Below are positions 1 through 13,750 of a stretch of DNA of 64,000 nucleotides, piece by piece; within the stretch, counting starts at the first letter, position 1; every line of letters starts with the position of its first letter. Origin of the DNA: Octopus vulgaris (lineage: Eukaryota); the NCBI GenBank assembly GCA_951406725.2, contig OX597823.1, forward strand, positions 114,080,001 to 114,144,000, read 5' to 3'. The notes beneath the pieces were generated by a model that made no database searches, was not told the DNA's origin, and was given only the letters and a program-made list of their open reading frames with translations. The position numbers and the translations under genes are program-made.

Positions 1-158
1 CTGTGTGGTAAGTAGCTTGCTTACCAACCACATGGTTACGGGTTCAGTCCCACTGCGTGGCACCTAGGGCAAGTGTTTTGTACTATAGCCTCATGCCTAC
101 CAAAGCCTTATGAGTGGATTTGGTAGACGGACACTAAAAAAGGCCCGTCGTATATATG

Positions 159-194
<36 letters not shown>

Positions 195-440
195 TGTCTA
201 TATGTGTGTGTGTCTGTGTTTGTGCCCCCAACATCACTTGACAACCGATGCTGGTGTGTTTACGTCCCCGTAACTTAGCGGCTCGGCAAAAGAGACCGAT
301 ATAATAAATATTAGGCTTACAAAGAATTTGTCCTGGGGTCGATTTGCTCGACTAAAGGTGGTGCCCCAGCATGGCCACAGTCAAATGACTGAAACAAGTA
401 AAGCAGTAAAAGAGTAAAAGAGTAAAAGAGTAAATGAGTA
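1..440 (+). mobile_element. tRNA-derived SINE family A (internal TA/TG microsatellite, (GAGTAAAA)n tail), 5' end cut by window
   Basis: A-box-like GTGTGGTAAG and B-box GGTTCAGTCCC, followed by CACCTAGGGCAAGTG. Collinear with 50029-50432. Tail CAAATGACTGAAACAAGTAAA plus tandem GAGTAAAA. Confidence 0.85.
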
Positions 441-1475
441 TTCTATTCCGAACTTACAATGGAAATAAAAGAAAAATTTGTCAAGTGCAAATTTAAGAGG
501 ATCAAGGATCTTGGAAGAAAAGTGCTTGTGTAATTGTGAGAAGGGACGTTGCAGTGGTGAACCTAATACAAGTGAAGAGATGTGGAGACATATGTTAGTC
601 GAATGAACCTAGATGAACTAGCTTATCACTAACAACGTTGCTAGAGCAGATGCCTGGATATATGCCAAATAATCAGAGAGAAAGAGAGAGAGAGAGAGTA
701 GTCAGTCTGTGGGTCGAAAGAGAGAAAGACTATAACAATCGGTTAAATGGCTTTACCTTGATTGCAATGCATGGTCCTGGGGCCGTAGCAGCAGCGTCTA
801 CCATATGTGAGAGCAAAATCCCATTAGGGAACTTACATGAGCATTGTAAATTATTAGTCATTGATGGAGGAATTGAGTATTTTCACTTACTAGATATAAA
901 GACCAGTAATGGTGAAGTATTAGTTATTCTTAGAATGGTCATTCTTGAGGAGGAATGTTCGAGAATACTGAGACACTGTAGCATTCTGTCTGTATTTGAA
1001 AGAAAAGAGTAGATACATTTTTAAGACCGGAATAATATGGAAAGTGACTGAATTATTTTGTTATTGAAGATAATATTGGTCGGAATCTCTCTTCTTGGAA
1101 ATATCTCAGAGCTTCTTAGGGTGCATGGAGATGATGTTTTGGGAGTGAAAATTTAAAGTAATTAATGACAGTACCATTAGTGTAGAACTGTACGTTACTG
1201 GACGTGACGAGTGGGAAGTTTTTGATGTAAAGAAGAAAGAGTGCAGAATCAAAAACGAACATTGAAGCACGCCGGAATTGTATGAATACAGGTGATAGAG
1301 TGTGAGAAAGTGAAAGAGAGAGAGAGAGAGAGAGAAAGGAGCGAAACAGGGGAAAAAGCGAACAGGAGGCAGGAGGAGTGAGAGAGAATAAGTGAGAGAG
1401 AGAGAGACAGAGAAAGAGAGAGAACATCGTCTGTACATGACACAATGGTGCGATTTTATAGTAAAAAGATAAAAT

Positions 1476-1698
1476 CACACACACGCTCTTTATTATCAAA
1501 CTTTACCAACAGAAGCTGGGAAGGTGTCGTTGCACGTTCAGCCAATCTGTTCGAGAAAGGTTAAACAAACTCCATCGACTTATTTCCTAACTTCTCAAAA
1601 ATTGAAACCACATATTCGCTATATATTAATCCAGTATTCGCCAAGGGTTAAACTATAATAACATTAAGCATATACTTGTCCGCTGTAAACACTGTCGT
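1476..1698. repeat. ~222-bp direct repeat, copy 1 (copy 2 at 3707-3929)
   Basis: CACACACACGCTCTT...CCGCTGTAAA(C/T)ACTGTCGT aligns end to end with scattered substitutions (roughly 90% identity by eye). Confidence 0.9.
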
Positions 1699-1830
1699 AT
1701 CTAAAGAGACAAAATCTGTAAACAGGCAGTTTTGCCAGTATATGAACGCGACAGAGAGCGTTGAAAGCTTTGACGATGTCGAAAGAGAAGATCATAGTTA
1801 AAGGGCAATGAAAGAGTGGATATGCACCTC
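1699..1830 (-). pseudogene. Decayed non-LTR (Jockey/CR1-like) reverse transcriptase fragment
   Basis: Minus-strand SFDIVKAFNALCRVHILAKLPVYRF resembles the RT motif (L)DISKAFDRVWHxxLLxKLPxYG. Confidence 0.5.
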
Positions 1831-2103
1831 GCACGATGCGGTTTATCACCACTGAATGGTTCAGAATAGTTAATTCAGTTTGTAGTGTTGAGGCGAGGAA
1901 AAACGTTTCCGTCACGATTAGATTTGTTTTACAAAAGTACAAACAGAGTGTCAGATGAATCAATCTTTCCAGTACAGAGAGTGTTTTGACAAATTACGAG
2001 TGCTCTCCCTTCTCTCAAGATTAAGTCATACAAACAGAAATACGATATATTAACAGGAAATTAAAAGAAAATACTGGCGCATATTTAGTATAGAGCGAGA
2101 CAG

Positions 2104-2224
<121 letters not shown>

Positions 2225-2228
2225 ATGT

Positions 2229-2284
<56 letters not shown>

Positions 2285-3257
2285 CGGGATGAGCGAGAAA
2301 GTGAAGAGGGAGGAAGTATTTGTAGAACGTCCCTGTATACGAGTTTCTCAGATTGGTTCCATCTAAATATCCAGATATGCTGTAATCAGAATACAATCTT
2401 CTTGCCATTTTACTGAACTCTGTGTTATCGTCTGTCACTACCACTGAAATAAATACAAATATTATTTTAGAGTAACTAGATTCAGATATACAAAATAAAA
2501 GTAAAAAGAAATAAAATTCTGCTGAGCAAAACAAAAGCAGCATTTTGTATGGAGTCAATGATATGAAACAATACAATATTTATTTTCAGATAGCATAGGT
2601 ATTTCCTTTATATTTTTTCTACCTGTATTGTTTTCCTTGTCAGTCAACTCATGTTACACATTTTTTGCAGCTCTAAATTTATTCACAAATGTTCCTATCT
2701 TAGAAGTGATTTTACAAAGGCGATCAATATGGAAAACTCCTATATCTCACGGAGATTTTTTAATGATTTTTTTTTCTGTTGGTGTAACCTTTTCACAACA
2801 TAAAGGAAATCGTAATATTTACATTATGCCATCTGAATGTGTGGCTGGCATAAAGAAGAAACTAAGAGGCTGAGCGTTCATATCCTCTAAATCTCTAAGA
2901 CTCTCTGTTTTTTTTTTGTTTTTTTTTTTTTTGAGAACATGATTCTTCAAATTATAAACGGTCGTATTCACCTTAGTGAAAGTAGATACTTTATGTTTGG
3001 TAAAAAAAACAGTAATCAGAAGCAGTGCTTTTAAATAGAGGAGAATTTCGGTGTATAGAATTTCTTTGAGATTCAAATACAATTTAGATAAAAGTTAAAT
3101 GGCGAAAGAATTTATTTCCTGCAGACATACACTCGTAATCACACATTCATTTATCCATGCACGCGCGCAACGCACACCTACCCACACTCACACTCGCTCA
3201 CACTCAGATGAAAGAGAGAGAGAAAGAGAAAAGGTTAGACAGACACATACATACAAT

Positions 3258-3641
3258 GTGGAAGCACTCCATCGGTTACGACGACGAGGGTTCCGGTTGA
3301 TCCGATCAACGGAACAGCCTACTCGCGAAATTAACGTGTAAGTGGCTGAGCACTCCACAGACACGTGTACCCTTAACGTATTTCTCGGGGATATTCAGCG
3401 TGACACAGAGAGTGACAAGGCCGGCCCTTTGAAATACAGGTACAACAGAAACAGGAAGTAAGAGTGAGAGAAGGTTGTGGTGAAAGAGTACAGCAGGGAT
3501 CACCACCATCCCTGTCAGAGCCTCGTGGAGCTTTAGGTGTTTTCGCTCAATAAACACTCACAACGCCCGGTCTGGGAATCGAAACCGCGATCCTACGACC
3601 GCGAGGTCGCTGCCCTAACCACTGGGCCATTGCGCCTCCAC
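3258..3641 (-). mobile_element. tRNA-derived SINE family C, full length with target-site duplication (TSD)
   Basis: Minus strand starts GTGGAGGCGCAATGGCCCAGTGGTTAGGG (A box) ... GGTTTCGATTCCC (B box). 12-bp TSD CATACATACAAT at 3246-3257 and 3642-3653. Its 5' ~310 bp match 61323-61636. Confidence 0.9.
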
Positions 3642-3706
3642 CATACATACAATACATACTCATAAATATGCAAGATATACCTAAATCACATCCGAACCCA
3701 GATAGC

Positions 3707-3929
3707 CACACACACGCTCTTGGTTATCAAACTTTACCAACAGAAGCTGGGAAGGTGCCGCTGCAATTTCAGCCAATCTTTTCGAGATTGGTTAATCAAA
3801 CTGCATCGAATTATTTCCTAACTTCTTAAACATTGAAACCACATATTCGCTATATATTAATCCAGTGTTCTCCAAGGGTTAAACTATAATAACATTAAGC
3901 GTATACTTGTCCGCTGTAAATACTGTCGT
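3707..3929. repeat. ~222-bp direct repeat, copy 2
   Basis: See 1476-1698. Confidence 0.9.
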
Positions 3930-6170
3930 TTTTGCAATTTGAACAGCTGAAATGGACTTGTGCAGCTCTTTATCTAAGCCTCTTGTAGATAATTTCCGCT
4001 GTGTTTACCACCAGAAGGTACATAGAGAATAAAACCGTGGAAATTTCCACATTTGTCCCAATAAGATAAAGGCATGCATTTTAGAAATTGCACAACACAC
4101 TTCAAACAACCAGTGATACAGTGTGTACTGATAACTATTTCTATGCCACAGAGTACCATCAAGGAATACCAGTGTGTCATAGGAATACTCGATAATGTCT
4201 GGTTAGGAGTTTCACGTTATCTAATTCGCAACGAAAACCATTTAACTATTCCAATGCTCGCTCTCGCTATTAAAGTGTGTTAGCAAAATATTTAACACGA
4301 ATTTAAGTAGCATTTGATGAGCTTGTTATAGACGCGTACGAAGAAGCAATGGATCTATTAGCCAATAAATTGTCACAAACATTCTACTGAAATATATAGG
4401 TAATATGTGTGTGTTCATGTATGACTGTAGTAGCTCTATAAATCTACCAATTGACAACAATAGAGACGGTGTATGATTAACAGTGGAATAGCAAATCTCC
4501 TTCCTTTACAGTTCATTTTCCTTTATAGATCAGGAACAATGAACCACAGCATTTGCAGCTTTGTTTAAGTAATTCGGAGAAATGCAAGAACTATTGATTT
4601 GATCGCTTGGCAATATCATAAGGGGATTGGACGAATTGCTTCCTTTTTTATTCTGAATGTTAGTCCTAAGTTGAAATGCAACTGATATTAACTTTATCTT
4701 TCATACACCTGGACTATGAAATTAAGTCTTAAATACTGATGTGATTCTCTCTCAGTATCCCCTGTTTATAGCCATTCAAGTGACAAAGCCAATTGTTAAG
4801 AAGCCTAGCTAATAGAAGATGGTTGAGACACTCAATATTAACTTTATCTTTTACATATATATAATAATAATCCAATTTATAACAGCAGCAATCCAAAGAA
4901 ACCGAGTGAAAAAATACTTCGCAAAACAGAGGCAGACTGATTGGTCGTCGAAGGATCGACGTGCAACGTATCACGACGTATCACCTAAGATCTAATGACT
5001 AACAGCTCTTGTCTTATGTTAGACAACTCTAATTTCATTCAACATATGGTGCTGTATTTGTATACGGACGATATATGAGTGTGAACTGGTCGATTTGGTG
5101 TGTGTCACAGTATGGGTAATTACGTGCAGAATACCAAGGTAATGGACATTGTTAGAAAGCTTTAATGATAAGTCATGTTGATAATTTGTGGCTTATAATT
5201 ACATTACAAGAACAACATAAATAACAATATGACACACTGATCCTTTATCCCTTCGGTCTAATGTAATTTCGTAAATCTTCATTACTAGGAAATTATATTT
5301 CCACCTTTGCTAAAGTTAAATGTGTCATAAGCTAATTACCTAAATTAGAACAAATCAACTAAAGAATACTTACGTGGTTGATCCACCTGCTTAAGATAGC
5401 AGCTATATTTTCCTCATATAACATCGGACTGTGTTATAAAATGAAAGAAGACACTAGATAATGGTCATCCAGCATGTCCCTAAAATATAGAATGGCGGCT
5501 GATCTGCGTTAATGAAAATAAAGTCCTTAGTTGAAATGGCAATTGGCTTTGAGATTAGACTCACTAAGTTTAACGAAGGAAAATCGCTCTAAAATTTAAG
5601 ACAATGGAAATGGGAGATATCGATCAGTTTCTAGAATGAAGTAACAATATAAATGAAGAAAACCGCTTCAGCCTGTAAATGTTCAAATCCATGTTAAGTT
5701 GAAGTACAATAGTTTGCTATCTAAGGACATTGCAGATCATTTCGCTCGAAGGAGTTCGTGACAAATTTTCAGTAATATTAACAAGTATTCTCTAATTAAA
5801 ACTTAAAAACTTTGGATTAAAGGAGGTTTGAATAAGTTAATTTCGAGCGTCGATTCTAATTAAATAGCAGCAATTAATTTACCATGAATTTCCTTTGTTA
5901 TATCCCTGTGTGAGAAGGAGCGCAGCTGTATTGTGCACATTTTATAATTTAATCAATAAACTTCACTTATACGTAGGCCCAATACTGCGACTTCCAAAAA
6001 GAACTTTTGAAAACTTGTACTAATTCCTTTAGTAGGTTCTTCCTGCTGATACATAGTTCTCTGATCGAATCCCACCTTTACCTTTGGCATATATCTGTTG
6101 CAAAAACCATCGCAATAATATCAGGCTGACAAAGATTTGTAGGACAAGTGTAATGACATACAATACCAAT

Positions 6171-6541
6171 AAGGTGGCGAGCTGGCAGAAACGTTAGCAC
6201 GCCGTGCGAAATGCCTAGGAGTATTTCGTCTGCCGTTACGTTCTGAGTTCAAATTCCGCCGAGGTCGACTTTGCTTTTCATCTTTTTGGGGTCGATTAAA
6301 TAAGTACCAGTTACGTACTGGGGTCGATATAATCGACTTAATCCGTTTGTCTGTCCTTGTTTGTCCTCTCTGTGTTTAGCCCCTTGTGGGTAGTAAAGAA
6401 ATAGTTATTTCGTCTGTCTTTACGTTCTAAGTTCAAATTGCGCCGATGTCGACTTCATCCTTTCGGGGTCGATAAATTTAGTACCAATTGCATTCTGGGG
6501 CCGATCTAATCGACTGGCATTGTGCCTAGAGTAAAAAGATT
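6171..6541 (+). mobile_element. SINE family B, dimeric (one full unit plus a shorter terminal unit)
   Basis: GGCGAGCTGGCAGAAACGTTAG (A box), GAGTTCAAATTCC (B box), core GTCGACTTTGCCTTTCATCCTTTCGGGGTCGATAAATTAAGTACC. 13-bp TSD ATACAATACCAAT at 6158-6170 and 6542-6554. Confidence 0.9.
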
Positions 6542-8434
6542 ATACAATACCAATCGTTATTTAACTAAGCCTAATAACGTGTTCTTATTTCAAATTCTAC
6601 CGAAGTCTGTTCTCACTTGAATTTGTACAGGCTTGATAGAATATTCCTCAGTCAGCTGATGGGGCGATTCAGACACTGATGTTCTCTTCCTCATTGTGCC
6701 CTTATTTCTAAAACAGAGACCAGTAATGCAGTGGAGTTGATAGTCATATATACTTAATACTTCATGTTCATAAGAGAAATCCTGATTTCATTGTATCATG
6801 TGAGGCAGCGGAGACAGAAAAGCATTGTACTAACTCTTATATCTATAAGAGAAACCAATATTTCTAAATATCAGTGAAGTTGCAAACGTGATAGAGTGCT
6901 GTAATCAATGCTGTGTGGTATCTATTTGCGCCAATATACTTTCTCAGTTCAAATCCCACTGAGATTGCTTTTTGACTTTCATCATTTTTATGGTCGATAA
7001 AATTAATGCGTGTTAAGAATCAGGGTCGTTTCTATCAACTCTAGCCTTTGTACTAACCTTGTGATCATGTGCCAAATAGCATCTCTAATTCTGTTTCTCT
7101 GTCTGTCGTTCTTTTTCTCATTCCATCTCTCACTCCATATGTCTCTCTCTCTCTCTTATTCTCTCTCGCATTCAGTATTCCGTCTCACATTATCTATTTC
7201 TCATTCTCTACGACGTGTTTGCTTTTTGTCTGTTTTTCACTGTATGTCTTCATCCATATCTAACAAGCCCACTCATAAACCCGCACGCTCTCTACCTCCA
7301 ATTTCCGCTCTCGTCCTCTATTTGTCTATACTTTTCTGTCTGAATTTACCTTTCTAATTCTGCTATTCATTCTGCTTTCCGCTATCATCGACCATATTAC
7401 TCGCCTTTCGTTGCTATATCTATGTAAACAGATCAATCCTACTCTGTCACCATTAACCACTCGTCCTGCCACTCTCAACAAACCTTACATACAAAGTCTT
7501 TCTAGTCGAGATCAAAGGGATTTGAAGTCTCAATGGACGCTGGCCATCTTCCATTGATCTGAACATTAAAGAACCGTATATATTTTAATGGAAACACAAG
7601 TTTTATGGTGCCGTAATATAGCTGGCTAAATCAATATATTGGTATATTAGTGATTAAATTTGTGATACTACAGCCGTAGTACATAATGTTTTTGTACGCA
7701 AATTCACGAAGTACACCCCGGGAAGATTTGAGCCCGAAACACAGACGTAAATAGCCAAGCTATCCTCCAACTCATGTGGTGATGATGTTGTTAAGTTCTT
7801 GTTATTCGTGATGAAAATGTGCACAATTGGTATGTTCAAGCAGTGTGTATTCCATTTTACACTCTTTGATGCTATAACTGTGATATCAGTCAACGTTTCT
7901 GTGTCTCAATTTCTAAAAACGCTGCAATGTAATTTCTTGGAGATGACGTTTGGCTGCTATGGCTAACTGAGTGTCCACACTATAGAGACTCCGTTAGCAA
8001 TCTCCTGTTATAATTATTTGTTTTCCGTAGAGACTCTATTCTAAATGCTCTTTGAGATGTATAATCGATAAAATAGAGAAATGTAATTCTGATAGTTATG
8101 AGGGATATAACTAAGACGTTAAAAATGCACTAAATATTACTTCTCGTTATTCCACAGCCCTAATGACAATTAATATCCTGCAGGTAAAGGAACATTACTC
8201 CCTAATATTTCATGTTTGTAATTTAGTGGAAATATAGCAAAGCAATGTGAACTTCGATAAATTCATGCAAAAAAGAATACGATTCAACGCCGCAGCCAAT
8301 TCAAACATGCTTCAATCTATCGATAAATACTGTTTGATAATAAAGAAAATCCTATCATTTAGATGCTGTCAAATTTGAGGGAGAATGTGCGATAGAAAAT
8401 TGTTGTTAGATACAAGCAAAATCTTATATAATGT

Positions 8435-8572
8435 CATACATACATACATACATACATACATACATACATACATACATACATACATACACACATACATACA
8501 TACATACATACATACATACATACATACATACATACATACATACATACATACATACATACATACATACATACA
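8435..8572. repeat. (CATA)n tetranucleotide microsatellite
   Basis: Read directly from the sequence. Confidence 0.97.
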
Positions 8573-9793
8573 CACAGAGACAGACAGAAGAACATTTACG
8601 AAAGCATTATCATTGCTCTTTGAAACAGCTGAGACTTCGTACATGTCAGGTACTGAATTTTCTGGCTACATTTTTCAACAATAAAAATGCTTTTGAAAAT
8701 GCATAAAAAAATAGCTCAATTTAGTCTCCCTGATTTAAGATACATGCCTCTATCTTAAATGCATCTTCTTGCTAATTCTAGTAGGCGCAGTGACTACCAA
8801 AAGCTCCCATCGCAGTTTCTGAAAATGCAAGAGATTTGGGAGTTGGAAAGAAGCCAGAGACAACAAAGCACAGCATAGTCGCGTATCCTAGAGTTCTGAA
8901 AGAAATACAATTTGATAGAGAGATAGACAATAATGCCTAGCGGGTTGTTTAGGAACTGGCATTCCTAAATTGATACATTACGGTAAGCACAAATAGAAAT
9001 GAGGGTTATTCCTGGAAGTCCTTTGAAAATGAGGAAGAAAAATAAATAAGATGAGAAAAAAGAAACAAAATTGTCCATAAGTATGAATATCATCTATAAA
9101 CACTCACATGAACACACACTTATACATGTGTACATTTCTGTGGGGACATACGCGTGGGTATATGCGAATATAAACGTAGATATTTATTAGGTGTGTGTAT
9201 AGGAAAGAGTGTTTATGTTGGGAAGTGTCAGTGTACAGAGAATGTGTTCCTGTATGTGTGTACGATGTACGTGTGTGTGTATAACACTACCGTCATAATC
9301 AAATACACGTGAGTAGATAAATTCTTTCATTGAAACGAGTGCAGATTGATTTAAGTAAGTGAAAATAAAGATATTAGAGTGGAAAATTAGCGAAGTCTCC
9401 TCCAAAGCCACACTTACAGAGAAATTCTAAAAATATTTCGATTTCCCAGACTAAATGACAGATACTACACAAGAAATTAATTGAATCAATAGAGCTAATC
9501 AATAAAATCGATAAATGAACGAGACAGGCATAATCAGATCTTCAAAATTATAAAATCATTTGCTTAAACATCTTGTTGAAAACGAATACGGATGAATTTA
9601 ATGGAGATAACCAGATCTGGTTAGAAGCTTGTAAAAGTAGCCGAGAGGTCTACAGCTTTGGTTTTAGGCACCTGCCTCTGGAGATTTTGTAGGTTTAAAC
9701 ATATCATTGTCAGCGAGTGAATATTTATTAGCAGAGACTTTTCAGAATAATTAGTGCATTGGACAAAATACATTACGGTATTTATTCTTTGTA

Positions 9794-10393
9794 GTCGGTG
9801 AGCTGGCAGAAGCGTTAGCACGCCGGGAGAAATGTGTAGCGGTATTTCGCTTCCCGTTACGTTCTGAGTTCAAATTCCGCCGAGGTCCACTTTACCTTTT
9901 ATCCCTTCCGGGTCGATAAATTAAGTACCAGTTACGCACCGGGGTCGATATAATCGACTTAATCCGTTTGTTTGTCCTCTCTGTGTTTAGCCCCTTTTGG
10001 GTAGTAAAGAAATAGAAATAGGTATTTCGACAGCCGGTACGTTCTGGATTCAAATTCTGCCGAGGTCGACTTTGCCTTTCATCCTTTCGGAGTCGATAAA
10101 TTAATTACCAATTACGCACTGGGGTCGATATAATCGACTTAATCCGTTTGTCTGTCCTTGTTTGTCCTCTCTGTGTTTAGCCCCTTGTGGGTAGTAACGA
10201 AATAGAAATAGATATTTCGTCTGCCTTTACGTTCTGGGTTCAAATTCTGCCGAGGTCGACTTTGCCTTTTATCCTTCGGAGTCGATAAATTAATTACCAG
10301 TTACGCACTGGGGTCGATGAAATCTACTTAATCCGTTTGTCTGTCTTTGTTTGTCCTCTCTATGTTTAGCCCCTTGTGGGTAGTAAAGAAATA
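9794..10393 (+). mobile_element. SINE family B, trimer of ~180-bp units
   Basis: Three tandem units GTATTTCG...GTAAAGAAATAG. GGTATTTATTCTT flanks the array at 9777-9789 and 10394-10406. Confidence 0.9.
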
Positions 10394-10949
10394 GGTATTT
10401 ATTCTTCGTTTTTACGTTCTGTGTTCAAGTGATAATGGGATAAACTTTGTGTTTTTTGTTGATAAAATAAGATAACTGTACCAACACGCATCTGATTTAT
10501 GTGACACAATAGAAGTAAATTAACGCCAAACTGTGGGAATCCAACGAAGATTGGAGCGGTCCATCAGCTGTAATAAATACCCTGCTATGATATCACCATT
10601 GTATAGTTATTTCACTCTATATTATAGACAACTCTCTTCCGCACCTGGCTCCAATAGCAAGAATAATGCAAATAGAAATGACGAATTCGATACAGAATAT
10701 TTTGGTTAATAGATGTAGATGATCTCACGCGCTGCTTTAAATCAGTTTTAACGAACATGTATCATACCTTTATTATATAGCACACGTACTGAAATGAAAA
10801 AATGCAGTTGATTTCTTGATGTAATCCTTAACGGATGTTCGAGCCAATGCAGTCCTATTGCTTTTGAAAAATACAGTAGATTATATGGACTTTGATTAGA
10901 TTTTATTTTAAGGATCTCGAAGGTCGAAAGATTAACTTGGTTTCTGCAG

Positions 10950-11018
10950 GGTTTGAACAAGAATCTTAAAGTGCCGGAAATCCCCATGTCTGATACTTTA
11001 CTGATTTTACCACCTGAG
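10950..11018 (+). other. Candidate 69-nt exon followed by a 77-nt candidate intron
   Basis: Acceptor TTGGTTTCTGCAG, open frame GLNKNLKVPEIPMSDTLLILPPE, donor GAG|GTAAGA, next acceptor TTGCTTTTTTTTCCGTAG ending 11095. No recognisable homology. Confidence 0.25.
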
Positions 11019-12191
11019 GTAAGATCAACAAATATTTTAATCGTACTTGAATGGTGAATCTGTCAAGATAATTGCCTTTGCTTTTTTTTCCGTAGGCATG
11101 TCAACTGACTCGTCAACCTTAAATATGTAGTGTGTGGTTAAGTAGAGCTTATTGCATTGAATGTTAAATGCTGCTTTCATATTAGCTATATACAAAAACC
11201 ACGACAGTAGGTACGGCATCAATGGAACAGAGTGTAACATTTGCTGAAGAGGAGTTTTCTATGCCAAGTGTTCTTTCTTTGCATATCTCAAAGCATCCTC
11301 TCAAATGTAGAGCAACTATTTCATTATGAGGCTCACCTGAGGTTTGTAGAAGGTTAGAATTCGTTTGGGAATGTATCAGTCTGTGGCTCCGAGACTGTTT
11401 GCCCGCGTTTGCTCAGTCGAGCAGAAAATATGCCTCGTTATGGTGTAACACAGTATTTTGTAGCAACCGCGGTGATTGAATAGGTAGGATATGGTATTGC
11501 TTCCTTGATATCTAGTTACTGAGTATTTGTGCAAGTGACGATATTCTCACGACCCCACTACAGAGTGATTTTGAGGTGTCAGTTTATGAAATCAGCGGAG
11601 GTTTAATGTGAAATATATCGATTTAATATGGATCACTCTTAGATAGTGAAGGTCAGAAGGGTCATCGGCTTTGGTGTGGGAGAACGTGAAAGTAACGAGA
11701 ATGAGGGGGAAGAATGCATGAAAGAAAACCGAATATTTCGTCGTATCAATGTTCACTGAATATTTCTCAAACACGTGACAATGATGAGTTAGGAAGGAAC
11801 AGCTATACCGAGAGATTAATGAGCCAGAAACGACCGAATGCTTTGGTAATAGAACGAACTAGTATGAACCTGGTTGATTCGATGTGATTTGATTAAAATA
11901 TTGATTCTACGATGGACAGCAAGGGCACATATGAGAGGATAGAATGGTAGTTGTTTATAACACCACCGTGTCTCATTGATAGTTATGTTACTGACTGTAC
12001 GAATATGAAAGCAAACTTGATACCACCTTAACTACAATATTACTATTAATGGTTTATTTTATTTTGGCCATCATCTTAAGTTCAAAATGATAATCTTCGG
12101 TTATGAACTGAAAGTAGTTTGTTCTCTCTAAAACTCTACCTTAGTTTGCATGCAGGTATTTTGAGTAAACACACACACACACATACACACA

Positions 12192-12261
<70 letters not shown>

Positions 12262-12738
12262 CATAAATGTCTGTGGCTGCGTCTGTGTCTGTGTGCGTGT
12301 GTGTAGTATCTATGATATAGAAATGTAGGTATTTATATATGTACATATAAATATGTGAACACATACACAAATATATATATATATATATATATACATTTAG
12401 ATATGCAGAGTGTATATGTGCATACGTATGTATAAATGTCAGATTTTGAATAAGTAGTTACGAAGTTAACTTTTCAATGATGAGGTTCCTAGTTTGGTCA
12501 TACAACGTCGTACATTGGACAAGATAATTTTTATAACAATCATTAGTGAGCAGGCCTTATTACTAATCTCTCTCTACCTTCAGTGAAACTGTGTTCAAAT
12601 TTGTTGGCTGGGTGTACTTAGAAGTCAGAAAACCCAGCCCTGGCGCACAATGTGCTACACAAATTTTTGTGGAGAATTACTCTAATGTTACAATGATTGG
12701 GTGAAACGCTAAGCCACATATAATAAAAATCCTCTATT

Positions 12739-13076
12739 TATAGTTTAGTATGCAAAACTGGTGGAATATTCATCTTCGAAAGCGGTTGAAAAACATTCTA
12801 TGTGCATGTGTGTATGAGAAAAATTACTCAAATAAATAACTATATATATATCGTTAATCCAAACATGAAAACACAAAGAGAAAATACAACAACTGATATA
12901 TATATATATATATATATATCAGTTGTTGTATTTTCTCTTTGTGTTTTCATGTTTGGATTAACGATATATATATAGTTATTTATTTGAGTAATTTTTCTCA
13001 TACACACATGCACATAGAATGTTTTTCAACCGCTTTCGAAGATGAATATTCCACCAGTTTTGCATACTAAACTATA
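12739..13076. repeat. Perfect 338-bp palindrome centred on (TA)n
   Basis: The two arms are exact reverse complements about position 12907.5 (AACTG-(AT)n-CAGTT). Confidence 0.95.
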
Positions 13077-13292
13077 GTTTTTACTGAGATCTCCTTTTTA
13101 GTAGAAGAAATAGCTATAACTCTTTGACTGCTATTTCTAAATTCGGTATGTGGTAAGGCAATTCGTTGCCAAACCCTTTATTGCTTAGTATTACTTAAAT
13201 TTTCCTCGAATGAGGCTTTTACATGCCGAAGACTACTTGGTGTAATTGATAATTATTCCAAATTAATTAATTTCACCCTTCATTATTACGGA
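13077..13292 (+). mobile_element. PLE terminal-repeat-like fragment with degenerate hammerhead motif, ends in (TA)n
   Basis: GACTGCTATTTCTAAATTCGGTATG...GTTGCCAAACCCTTTTA...GAATGAGGCTTTTACATGCCGAAG. Homologous to the reverse complement of 21121-21330. Confidence 0.55.
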
Positions 13293-13296
13293 TATA

Positions 13297-13327
<31 letters not shown>

Positions 13328-13346
13328 CAGTCGGTCTGTCTGTGTG

Positions 13347-13410
<64 letters not shown>

Positions 13411-13467
13411 CCAATCTCCATCTCTCCAATCAGCTAGCTATCTGTCTGCCTATCTATTAATCTCTCT

Positions 13468-13514
<47 letters not shown>

Positions 13515-13574
13515 AGCGTGTGTGTGTGTGTGTTTGTTTATGTATATATATATATATGTATATATGTATATATG

Positions 13575-13650
<76 letters not shown>

Positions 13651-13671
13651 ACACAGATAGAGACACACACA

Positions 13672-13709
<38 letters not shown>

Positions 13710-13750
13710 TAAAGAGAGAGGAAGAGAGACAAATACATAGACAGACAGAC
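13293..13750. repeat. Compound (TA)/(CT)/(TG)/(CTAT) microsatellite cluster
   Basis: Read directly from the sequence. Confidence 0.95.

Noticed and set aside
638-1012. 124-aa ORF, possibly an L1/Tx1-like endonuclease remnant
   Set aside because: Only vague similarity (FTLIAMHGP), and it spans a GA repeat; not supportable by eye.
4685-4851. 17-bp direct repeat ATATTAACTTTATCTTT around ~130 bp (similarly ~35-bp repeats at 39488 and 39610)
   Set aside because: The insert is unrecognisable and the AT-rich context makes a TSD call unsupported.
9794-10393. Regular ~180-bp repeats as a CRISPR array or satellite
   Set aside because: There are no unique spacers, the units carry a Pol III B box, and they are dispersed with TSDs, so they are SINE multimers.
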